DNA of 64,000 nucleotides from Clostridia bacterium (GTDB lineage Bacteria > Bacillota > TC1 > JBAXCZ01). A model generated the notes under the pieces. The model saw only the letters and a program-made list of their open reading frames with translations, ran no database searches and had not been told where the DNA came from. The number at the start of each line of letters is the position of its first letter. The first letter of the stretch is position 1. Below, piece after piece: positions 26,845 to 34,664 of this stretch. A program made the translations under genes and the position numbers. The DNA lies in contig JBAXCZ010000004.1 in NCBI GenBank assembly GCA_037141195.1, forward strand, positions 37,043-101,042, read 5' to 3'.

Positions 26845-27579
26845 GTGAAGAGTTTGAAAAAAGAAAGCTTATTCTTACAAAAGAAAAAAGAACTATATCA
26901 ATATATTAAGACACAGAAGTTTGCAGGAGGGAAATTGCCTACAGAAGAAATTTTTGCTGAGCAATTTGGGATTTCTCGAAACATGCTTAGAGAACTTATG
27001 CGGGATTTAGAACGAGAAGGGTATCTGAGCAAGCAACAAGGATTGGGAAATTTTGTACATACAAGTGCCTTAAATAAGAAGATGAGAATTGATTTAATTA
27101 ATGATTTTTCTATGATGTTAACTGAAGCAGGCATGAATGTCAGCTATAATAGGTTGGAGGCAAGTGAAAGAGATATTGAAAACATGTATATGCTGCAAAA
27201 AGATTTTCCGAATTACAAAATTGAAGATTTTTTTCTTGAAGGGCGCATGTATTTAATTGATCAGATACCAGGAATATATAGCATGATTTATATTCCTAAG
27301 GATATCATGTTGTTAGAGACAGGTGCAGAAAAGCGAGCAGAAGCTAAAGGATTTTTCGAATATTTAGACCTTTACTGTAATCAAAAGATTGAACAGATGA
27401 TTATTGACTTTGATGTATTATCTGCAGATGAATGGTTAGCTGATAAAATGCAACTAAAACTTCATGCGCCAGTTATGCAATGGTATGAAATTTATTATAA
27501 TTTTTTTGATGAAGCAGTTTGTGCATCTATAAGTTACTTTAATCCACAAATAATAAAATTTAGCATGTTAAGAAAATAG
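26845..27579 (+). CDS. GntR-family transcriptional regulator, HutC/UTRA-like
   Basis: N-terminal winged helix LPTEEIFAEQFGISRNMLRELMRDLEREGYL. The start is uncertain: GTG at 26845 or TTG at 26854. Confidence 0.75.
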   Translation: MKSLKKESLFLQKKKELYQYIKTQKFAGGKLPTEEIFAEQFGISRNMLRELMRDLEREGYLSKQQGLGNFVHTSALNKKMRIDLINDFSMMLTEAGMNVSYNRLEASERDIENMYMLQKDFPNYKIEDFFLEGRMYLIDQIPGIYSMIYIPKDIMLLETGAEKRAEAKGFFEYLDLYCNQKIEQMIIDFDVLSADEWLADKMQLKLHAPVMQWYEIYYNFFDEAVCASISYFNPQIIKFSMLRK

Positions 27580-27644
27580 TATTCGTTCCAATGTTTTTTT
27601 ATAGAAAGCTATCACTAAGACTTAATTTAAAAGGTTTCTTTTGA

Positions 27645-27669
27645 AGAATACCACTTTTTGTGGTATTCT
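27645..27669 (+). repeat. perfect 10-bp inverted repeat with a 5-nt loop, upstream of alaS
   Basis: AGAATACCAC-ttttt-GTGGTATTCT with no clear T-tract. It could terminate the gntR transcript or act as an operator. Confidence 0.5.
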
Positions 27670-27720
27670 ATCTGTATATATGAGCAAAAATATTTACTAG
27701 ATTATACTTGGAGGTTAGCG

Positions 27721-30363
27721 ATGCAAGGGAAAGAAATCCGCAGTAAATTTTTAGATTATTTTATAAGTAAAGGACATACTAAGCAACCTAGTTCTTCTCT
27801 TGTACCACATAATGATCCAACACTTTTGTTTACAAATGCTGGTATGGTACAATTTAAGGATGTTTTTTTAGGGTTAGATAAAAAAGAATATAAACGTGCA
27901 ACTACATCACAAAAATGCGTGCGAGCCGGAGGCAAACACAATGACTTGGATACAGTAGGGCGAACAGCACGTCATCATACTTTTTTTGAAATGTTAGGAA
28001 ATTTTTCTTTTGGAGATTACTTCAAAACCGATGCTATTAAATATGCTTGGGAGTTTTTAACAGTAGAGCTTGGTTTACCAAAAGAAAAGCTTTATGTTAC
28101 TGTTTTTGAAACTGATGATGAAGCAGAAAGTATTTGGCAAAGGGAAACGGATGTATTGCCTACTCAAATCGTAAGGTTAGGAGAAAAAGATAATTTTTGG
28201 TCAATGGGTGAAACTGGACCTTGTGGCCCTTGCAGTGAAATTATTATTGACCGTGGCGTAGAATACTCCTGTAAAGAAGAAATATGTGCATTAGGAGCCT
28301 GTGATTGCGATCGCTGGCTAGAAATTTGGAATCTAGTTTTTATGCAATATGAAAGAGATATTAACGGTACCATGACAGCATTACCGCGTCCTAGCATCGA
28401 TACAGGTATGGGACTTGAGCGTATAACAGCAGTAATGCAAAATGTGAGCAGTAATTATGAAACAGATTTGATTGCACCTTTAATTCAAAAAGTAGAAGAA
28501 ATAAGCGCTAAAAAATATGACAAGGGTGAGGCGGGTTTTCCTTTCCGTGTGATAGCTGACCACGCAAGAAGTTGCACCTTTCTAATTGCGGATGGTATTT
28601 TGCCTGGAAACGAAGGTCGTAGCTATGTGCTCAGACGTATTTTGCGAAGAGCAGTACGCTTCGGTAAATTTTTAGGTATCGAAAAGATTTTCCTCTACCG
28701 CTTTGTGGAGGTTGTTGAGGCATTAATGAGTGATGTTTATCCGGAAATTAGTGAGAAAAGGGATTATATTGAAAGTGTCATCCGTATGGAAGAAGAGCGT
28801 TTTCAAGAAACTCTACAGGATGGACTAAGTGTAATTCAGGATATGATAAAACGTGCTCAAGCAATGAAAATCAATACGATTACTGGCAAGGAAGCCTTTC
28901 TTTTATATGATACATATGGTTTTCCCATGGATTTAACTGAGGATATTGCAGAAGAACATAAAATGCTTGTTGATAAAGCTGGTTTTACAGCTGCCATGGC
29001 AGAGCAAAAGAATCGCTCAAAAGAAGCTCATGCCCAATCAAAAAATTTGGATAACATGACAGCGCTAAATAATATTTTAGCTGAATTTCCTGCAACTAGC
29101 TTTGTGGGATACACGGATTTTTCGACTAAATGTCGACTTTTAGCTTTAGTGCAAAACAATCAACTAGTGCAAGAACTTTCAGAGGGAGAGGCAATTGCTA
29201 TTTTTGATAAAACCCCTTGCTATGCTGAAAGCGGAGGACAGGTTGGCGACGGAGGAGTGGTTATTGGCGCATTTGGTAAAGCAGAAATAACTGATACTCA
29301 AAAATTACCGGATGGTAAATTCATCCATATGCTAAATCTTATAACAGGAACAATAACTGCAGCTACAGATGTTATTGTGGAAATTGCTGATGAAGAACGG
29401 ATGGCTTCTGCAAGAAACCATTCTGCAACACATCTTCTCCAAAGAGCATTGAAAGAGGTAGTAGGGGACTTTGTGAATCAAGCAGGTTCCTACGTGTCAC
29501 AGGAACGCTTTCGCTTCGATTTTAATAATTTTGAACCATTAACTGGAGATCAAATTACACAGATAGAAGTTAAAGTTAACGAGGCTATTTATCGGAATAT
29601 GTCTGTGCAAACCCAGGTAATGCCAATTGCTGATGCAAAAAAGCTTGGTGCAATGGCATTGTTTGGTGAAAAGTACGGGGACCAAGTGCGAGTTGTAAGC
29701 ATGGGAGATTATTCAAGGGAACTCTGCGGTGGTACACATGTGCAAAATACGGGGTCAATTGGACTATGCAAAATAATCAGTGAAACTGGTATTGGGTCTG
29801 GCTTGCGTAGAATTGAAGCTGTTACTGGTAAAGGAGCTATTGCCTATTACCGTAAAGAAGAACAAGAATTAAAAAATATAGCGAACCTCCTAAAAGCTGC
29901 AAGTCTGAATCAATTGCCAGAAAAAGTAGATGCAGTACTAAAAGAAAGCAAAGAAAAAGATCGAGAAATTGATCGCTTAAATGTGGAATTAGCCAAATAT
30001 CAAAGTGATGATTTACTTAGTCAAGTACAAATAGTTAAAGGCATTCAAGTTTTAGCCGTTGCAGTATTGTCTAAAGATCTAGATACATTAAGGAATGTTG
30101 CAGATATGTTTAGAGACAAATTAGGAAGCGGAGTAATTGTCTTAGGCGCTGTGGCAGATGATAAAGTGAATTTTGTTGTTATGCTTACTAAGGATGTACA
30201 AGAAAAAGGACTGCATGCAGGCAAAATAATTAAAGAGGTTGCCACCATTGCCGGTGGTAGCGGAGGTGGGCGTCCTGATATGGCGCAAGCTGGAGGAAAA
30301 CAGCCTGAAAAGTTAGCTGAAGCTTTAGCTGCAGTTGCGGGTATAGTAGATAAGAGTATCTAA
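27721..30363 (+). CDS. alaS: alanine--tRNA ligase
   Basis: Full-length AlaRS with FTNAGM, the HHTFFEMLGNFS motif and a C-terminal DHHA1 domain. The ATG at 27721 follows a GGAGG RBS. Confidence 0.97.
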   Translation: MQGKEIRSKFLDYFISKGHTKQPSSSLVPHNDPTLLFTNAGMVQFKDVFLGLDKKEYKRATTSQKCVRAGGKHNDLDTVGRTARHHTFFEMLGNFSFGDYFKTDAIKYAWEFLTVELGLPKEKLYVTVFETDDEAESIWQRETDVLPTQIVRLGEKDNFWSMGETGPCGPCSEIIIDRGVEYSCKEEICALGACDCDRWLEIWNLVFMQYERDINGTMTALPRPSIDTGMGLERITAVMQNVSSNYETDLIAPLIQKVEEISAKKYDKGEAGFPFRVIADHARSCTFLIADGILPGNEGRSYVLRRILRRAVRFGKFLGIEKIFLYRFVEVVEALMSDVYPEISEKRDYIESVIRMEEERFQETLQDGLSVIQDMIKRAQAMKINTITGKEAFLLYDTYGFPMDLTEDIAEEHKMLVDKAGFTAAMAEQKNRSKEAHAQSKNLDNMTALNNILAEFPATSFVGYTDFSTKCRLLALVQNNQLVQELSEGEAIAIFDKTPCYAESGGQVGDGGVVIGAFGKAEITDTQKLPDGKFIHMLNLITGTITAATDVIVEIADEERMASARNHSATHLLQRALKEVVGDFVNQAGSYVSQERFRFDFNNFEPLTGDQITQIEVKVNEAIYRNMSVQTQVMPIADAKKLGAMALFGEKYGDQVRVVSMGDYSRELCGGTHVQNTGSIGLCKIISETGIGSGLRRIEAVTGKGAIAYYRKEEQELKNIANLLKAASLNQLPEKVDAVLKESKEKDREIDRLNVELAKYQSDDLLSQVQIVKGIQVLAVAVLSKDLDTLRNVADMFRDKLGSGVIVLGAVADDKVNFVVMLTKDVQEKGLHAGKIIKEVATIAGGSGGGRPDMAQAGGKQPEKLAEALAAVAGIVDKSI

Positions 30364-30394
30364 TTATAGCTACTTAAGTAGAAAGGAAGGGGAG

Positions 30395-30673
30395 TTGAAA
30401 ATGGGTGCGGATTTTGAAAAAAACCTTGAAAGCACGGTAATGTTTAGAAGCAATGATGAGGATAGAAATAAAAGTAGACAGGTGATGCTTGATGTATATG
30501 AAGCATTAGAAGAAAAGGGTTATAATGCAGTTAATCAATTGGCGGGATATATGTTAGCTGGAGATCCAGCTTATATTACTAGCTATAAAGATTCAAGAGC
30601 CCTAATCAGCAAACTTGAACGCGATGAAATCATGAAAGACATGTTATTATTCTACCTAGGCAAACAGGAATAA
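30395..30673 (+). CDS. IreB/UPF0297 family protein (YrzL-like)
   Basis: The EKGYNAVNQLAGYMLAGDPAYITS block matches the YrzL family. The alaS-yrzL-ruvX synteny is also typical. Confidence 0.8.
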   Translation: MKMGADFEKNLESTVMFRSNDEDRNKSRQVMLDVYEALEEKGYNAVNQLAGYMLAGDPAYITSYKDSRALISKLERDEIMKDMLLFYLGKQE

Positions 30674-31089
30674 TGCGGATTGTCAGCTTAGATGTGGGCA
30701 CAAAAAGAATAGGTGTAGCGGTTAGCGATCCAATGGGAATGATTGCTCAGCCATATACCGTAATCTATGTTCTGCATCAAAAGGAAAAAACATGGCAAAA
30801 GCTGGCGGAACTCTTACAACTATTAGAAGCAGAACTAATTGTAATAGGATTGCCACGCAACATGAACGGAAGCTATGGCCCTAAAACCGAAGAAATAAAA
30901 GCATTCGCTACCGAGTTGCAATTGTATACCAAGTTAGAAATTGTCTTTATCGATGAACGATTAACTACGGTAATAGCTAATAAAGCTTTGCTAGAAGGCA
31001 ATGTAAGCCGTAAAAATCGTAAAGAAGCAGTAGATGCGATGGCTGCTGCTTTAATCTTACAGACTTATTTAGATCAAAGGAAAAATTAG
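30673..31089 (+). CDS. ruvX: Holliday junction resolvase-like RNase RuvX/YqgF
   Basis: MRIVSLDVGTKRIGVAVSD N-terminus. The ORF is 138 aa. Confidence 0.9.
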   Translation: MRIVSLDVGTKRIGVAVSDPMGMIAQPYTVIYVLHQKEKTWQKLAELLQLLEAELIVIGLPRNMNGSYGPKTEEIKAFATELQLYTKLEIVFIDERLTTVIANKALLEGNVSRKNRKEAVDAMAAALILQTYLDQRKN

Positions 31090-31168
31090 CGGATTTACTT
31101 TACTTTTTTAGCTGTATCAGTTATCCTTAGATACAGACTAGAAAATGTCTAAGAAAAGAGGTAGAAGA

Positions 31169-31528
31169 ATGAAAGAGATAAATGAGGATTTTGTAGAAGA
31201 GTACGATGAATTAGATTTTGCTGACGATGTGATTATTTTAACAGATGATGAAGGCAAAGATCATGAGTTTGGCATTATAGATGTTGTAGAAGTTGAAGAC
31301 TCTCGATATGTTATTCTGATGCCTATTGATGATGAAGAAGGCGAAGCCATCGTTATGAAGGTTGAAGTTAACGAAGACGAGGAAGAAGTCATCGTAGAAA
31401 TCGAAGACGATGTAGAATGGGAAAAAGTTCAGGCTGCATTAGAGCAAATGTTTTGTGAAGAAGAGGAAGAAGAAGAAAAAGCAGAAAAAGTAAAAAAAGA
31501 GAAAAAAGCGAAAAAAGAAAAAAAATAA
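31169..31528 (+). CDS. DUF1292 family protein (YrzB-like) with an acidic/Lys-rich tail
   Basis: The LTDDEGKDHEF...YVILMPIDDEE pattern fits this family. The ATG at 31169 follows an AGAGG RBS. Confidence 0.7.
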   Translation: MKEINEDFVEEYDELDFADDVIILTDDEGKDHEFGIIDVVEVEDSRYVILMPIDDEEGEAIVMKVEVNEDEEEVIVEIEDDVEWEKVQAALEQMFCEEEEEEEKAEKVKKEKKAKKEKK

Positions 31529-31605
31529 ATTAGAAAAAATTTGAGAAGCCGTCTAAGAAAGCTTAGGCGGCTTCTGTGCGAAAAATAAAGTTCGGGGAGA
31601 ATATT

Positions 31606-32394
31606 ATGCCAGCTATTGCAGCTCATTATTATTTTGGACAGGAGGTGTATGATCAGTTACCTAACAAAATAAAAAATACCATAGATAAGAGCAAGGATGC
31701 CTTTGACTTAGGGTTACAGGGACCAGACATATTTTTCTATTATCAACCTTATAAGAAAAATATTGTTGAGAAATTCGGACAAAATCTCCATAAAGAGCAA
31801 GTGTTTAATTTCATTGAAAAAGCTGTAACTTTATTAAAAAATAAATCTAACAAATATATCTTTTCATACCTACTTGGTTTTAGTTGCCATTTTATCCTGG
31901 ATAGTAGCTGTCATTCGCTTATTAATAAGCTTGCCCCAAGTACAATTGAGCATTTTCAATTAGAGACTGAACTGGATAGAATGATAATAGAAAAAAACGG
32001 CTTTGCTGCAGCTGAAAGTTTTAAGAGGTGGAAGCTAATTCCAGCATGTGAGAAAATACCCCAGGCGTTAGCACTCATTTACCAACCAAGAACAAAAGCA
32101 GAAATCGATACTGCTATTAAAAGCATGGTATTTTATAGCAGGCTGCTCTATAGTCCTAGAGGTATAAAAAAGGGCTTGCTACTTGCCATAGAAAAGTGCT
32201 TGGGAAAAACTGGCTTATTCACTAGTCTTATTATAGCGAAGAAACCTTATGAGCGATATACAGAGCCAGCAAGAGAAATCATGCCACTTTATGATTTGGC
32301 TCTAGATGTAGCAGTCTTGCAATTAGAAAATATTTATGTAGCAGTGAAAGAAGATATAGTTTTAAGTGAGAGATTAAAAAGAACATTTGAATAA
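31606..32394 (+). CDS. zinc-dependent phospholipase C-like family protein
   Basis: MPAIAAHYYFG...GPDIFFY...HFILDSSCH His-rich pattern. The ATG at 31606 follows a GGGGAG RBS. Confidence 0.5.
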   Translation: MPAIAAHYYFGQEVYDQLPNKIKNTIDKSKDAFDLGLQGPDIFFYYQPYKKNIVEKFGQNLHKEQVFNFIEKAVTLLKNKSNKYIFSYLLGFSCHFILDSSCHSLINKLAPSTIEHFQLETELDRMIIEKNGFAAAESFKRWKLIPACEKIPQALALIYQPRTKAEIDTAIKSMVFYSRLLYSPRGIKKGLLLAIEKCLGKTGLFTSLIIAKKPYERYTEPAREIMPLYDLALDVAVLQLENIYVAVKEDIVLSERLKRTFE

Positions 32395-32395
32395 C

Positions 32396-32435
32396 AAAAG
32401 CACCTACGAAAAATTATTTTTCGTAGGTGCTTTTT
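32396..32435. terminator. bidirectional intrinsic terminator between convergent genes
   Basis: AAAAGCACCTACGAAAAA-tta-TTTTTCGTAGGTGCTTTTT. Confidence 0.85.
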
Positions 32436-32444
32436 GAGTTTCAG

Positions 32445-32759
32445 CTAGCCCTTAAAAATTTTACCACAAATCTGAGAGTCAAAATCAATCATGTTCTTGC
32501 TACCCTTACCGCGGTAAAGCTCTCCTTTAATCACACCAAAAACCTCGAGAGTGCCTCCGTTATTAAAAACGTTCCCCCATACCTCACCGTGGATAATAGT
32601 TGTAGCGCCTGCTTCAATATTAAGGTTTTTTTCTAAGATGCCTGATAGAATAAATTTTGCCGGTGGCAAAACGGTTATAGTAGATTTAGCAGTAGCCAGA
32701 AGTTCCGTATCTTCAGTAATGATAAGTCTGTTGTAGATATCACTTTTTAATAATTGCAT
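32445..32759 (-). CDS. small hypothetical protein, possibly a beta-helical/bactofilin-like fold
   Basis: A 104-aa ORF with an AAGGAG RBS 7 nt upstream. It shows repetitive G-x-[IV] beta-strand-like periodicity, but the family assignment is weak. Confidence 0.45.
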   Translation of the reverse strand: MQLLKSDIYNRLIITEDTELLATAKSTITVLPPAKFILSGILEKNLNIEAGATTIIHGEVWGNVFNNGGTLEVFGVIKGELYRGKGSKNMIDFDSQICGKIFKG

Positions 32760-32951
32760 AGCTAGCTCCTTTATTTTTAATAAATACTAAATTATTAACT
32801 TAATAATAACTAAAAGTGCTAATACTGTCAATGATTTCTGAACTTCTAAGCTGAAATATACTGAGTATGAACAAAGTTGAACCTAAAAGTTGAAGCTGTG
32901 GTTAGTAAGGTTTGTGTAATCTAATCAAAAAAACTTTTAGACATGAAAAAA

Positions 32952-33731
32952 TCAAACAAGATGCAGCTCGATACCTAAGGCTAAAATAATATCACACCAT
33001 TCTTGTGAGAGACTATCATCAGTAACAATCACATCAATATCAGAAAGATTACAAAAAAAAGCACACTTTACACTGCCAAATTTGCTAGAGTCTGCAACTA
33101 AAATATGTTCCATGGATGAACCTAGCACAGCCTGTTTGCCTGGAACCTCATATTGGTTAGCACAGGTTATGCCTAAGCTGCTATGAATGCCAGCAGCAGA
33201 GAGAAAGAGCTTCTGAGCTCTGATACCTCGAATGAATTCAATACCTTCAGGAGATTCAAATAATTGAGTGTTAGCATGATAAATTCCGCCGGCTAGAATA
33301 ATCTGAATATCAGTTCGGCGGTGGAGCTTGGTTAGGATATTCATATTATAGCAGAGTATAGTTAAGTTGGAATTTTTTGGAATGAAGGGAACTATTTTTT
33401 CAGTAGTTGAACCAGTATCCAAAATTATTATTTCTCCTTGTTTAATTAAAGAAGCAGCAAACTGCGCAATAGCATTTTTTTGCACAAAATGTTTATCATG
33501 CTCAGAGCTGAGATTATACTCACTTTGGGTAGGCGATGTCTCTTGGAAGGAGTTGTAAACAGAAATCCCAGCAATGTTCTCAGCAATCTGTTTGGATTTT
33601 AAAATTTCCAAATCGCGTCTTATGGTCATTTCTGAAACTTCTAAGTGAGAGGCTAGTTCTTTAACTGAAACATAGTGCCGAACTTTTAAGATTTCAATTA
33701 ACTGATTAAGGCGTTGGATTTTTTTATTCAT
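32952..33731 (-). CDS. DeoR-family transcriptional regulator
   Basis: The HTH VSVKELASHLEVSEMTIRRDLEIL plus a DeoR C-terminal sensor domain. The ATG at 33731 follows a GGGGGGAA RBS. Confidence 0.85.
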   Translation of the reverse strand: MNKKIQRLNQLIEILKVRHYVSVKELASHLEVSEMTIRRDLEILKSKQIAENIAGISVYNSFQETSPTQSEYNLSSEHDKHFVQKNAIAQFAASLIKQGEIIILDTGSTTEKIVPFIPKNSNLTILCYNMNILTKLHRRTDIQIILAGGIYHANTQLFESPEGIEFIRGIRAQKLFLSAAGIHSSLGITCANQYEVPGKQAVLGSSMEHILVADSSKFGSVKCAFFCNLSDIDVIVTDDSLSQEWCDIILALGIELHLV

Positions 33732-33819
33732 GATAATTCCCCCCCATTTACCCATAAATCTCAAGCTTTCTGAGAAAATAATAACATGCTAGTATAAAAG
33801 TGTAAAGAGTTTTGATAGG

Positions 33820-33853
33820 AAAATGGTAAAATAGCAACATAAAATGGTAAAAT
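33820..33853 (+). promoter_or_regulatory. direct repeat AAAATGGTAAAAT x2 with 21-nt phasing, candidate DeoR operator
   Basis: Identical 13-mers at 33820-33832 and 33841-33853, immediately upstream of the deoC -35 element. Confidence 0.4.
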
Positions 33854-33867
33854 GCTTACATGTATTG

Positions 33868-33896
33868 TTGACATTCTATCATTAACTTGTTAGTAT
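33868..33896 (+). promoter_or_regulatory. deoC operon promoter
   Basis: TTGACA at 33868-33873, a 17-nt spacer, then TAGTAT at 33891-33896. Confidence 0.5.
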
Positions 33897-33936
33897 TAAT
33901 CTAGTAAGAAAAAGAGCATAAATGGAAGGAGTTAGT

Positions 33937-34599
33937 ATGGAGCAAGCAGATATTTTTAAGCACATTGACCATACCTTATTAAAGGCAGTTGCTGATTGGG
34001 AAATGATTAATAAACTGTGCAAAGAAGCCCTTGTGTATAACATGGCAAGTGTATGTATTCCACCAACTTATGTTGCGCGTGTTTATCAAGCTTATCCAGA
34101 GTTGAATATTTGCACGGTAATTGGTTTTCCATTGGGCTACAACAACACAAAAGTTAAGTTATTAGAGACCGAGACAGCTTTGCATGACGGAGCAAATGAA
34201 ATAGACATGGTGGTCAATTTAGGCGATGTAAAGAACGGAGAGTTTGAGAAAATCACGGCAGAAATTGCAACTCTTAAACATGCAACTGGTCAGAAAATTC
34301 TTAAAGTAATCATTGAAACGTGCTATTTGACAGAAAAAGAAAAGATAGAACTCTGTAGTTGTGTAACTAAAGGTGGAGCAAATTTTATCAAAACTTCAAC
34401 TGGTTTTGGCACCGGTGGAGCTATAATGGAGGATGTGTTGCTTTTCAAAAAACATCTTGGACCAGGCATTAAAATTAAGGCAGCAGGCGGAGTAAAGACA
34501 AGGGATGATTTAGAAGCCTTTCTTGTAGCTGGCTGTGAAAGGATTGGTACTAGCTCAGCAATTTCAATCTTAAATGCGAATATGGCTGGAACTTATTAA
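33937..34599 (+). CDS. deoC: deoxyribose-phosphate aldolase
   Basis: IDHTLLK, the FIKTSTGF Schiff-base lysine context and IKAAGGV. A GGAAGGAG RBS precedes the ORF. Confidence 0.92.
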   Translation: MEQADIFKHIDHTLLKAVADWEMINKLCKEALVYNMASVCIPPTYVARVYQAYPELNICTVIGFPLGYNNTKVKLLETETALHDGANEIDMVVNLGDVKNGEFEKITAEIATLKHATGQKILKVIIETCYLTEKEKIELCSCVTKGGANFIKTSTGFGTGGAIMEDVLLFKKHLGPGIKIKAAGGVKTRDDLEAFLVAGCERIGTSSAISILNANMAGTY

Positions 34600-34664
34600 A
34601 GGATTATCATAGGCATTTCTAGGGGTGCCTATATAAAAAATATAAAATTATAGGAGGAACAAAA

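Noticed and set aside
6478-27579. The accessory cluster considered as a mobile genomic island or integrative element.
   Set aside because: There is no integrase, transposase, recombinase or phage gene here. I could see no flanking direct repeats and no tRNA at either border. Codon usage and AT-richness look like the flanks by eye. It is better described as a chromosomal accessory operon.
31429-31527. GAA/AAA-rich low-complexity DNA considered as a possible tandem repeat or slippage tract.
   Set aside because: It encodes the Glu/Lys-rich tail of the DUF1292 protein in frame. There is no exact repeat unit, so it is treated as coding low complexity.
32427-32736. Plus-strand ORFs 32427-32636 and 32551-32736.
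   Set aside because: They overlap the minus-strand 104-aa ORF, which has a good AAGGAG RBS. The first of them starts inside the bidirectional terminator. Neither has an RBS.
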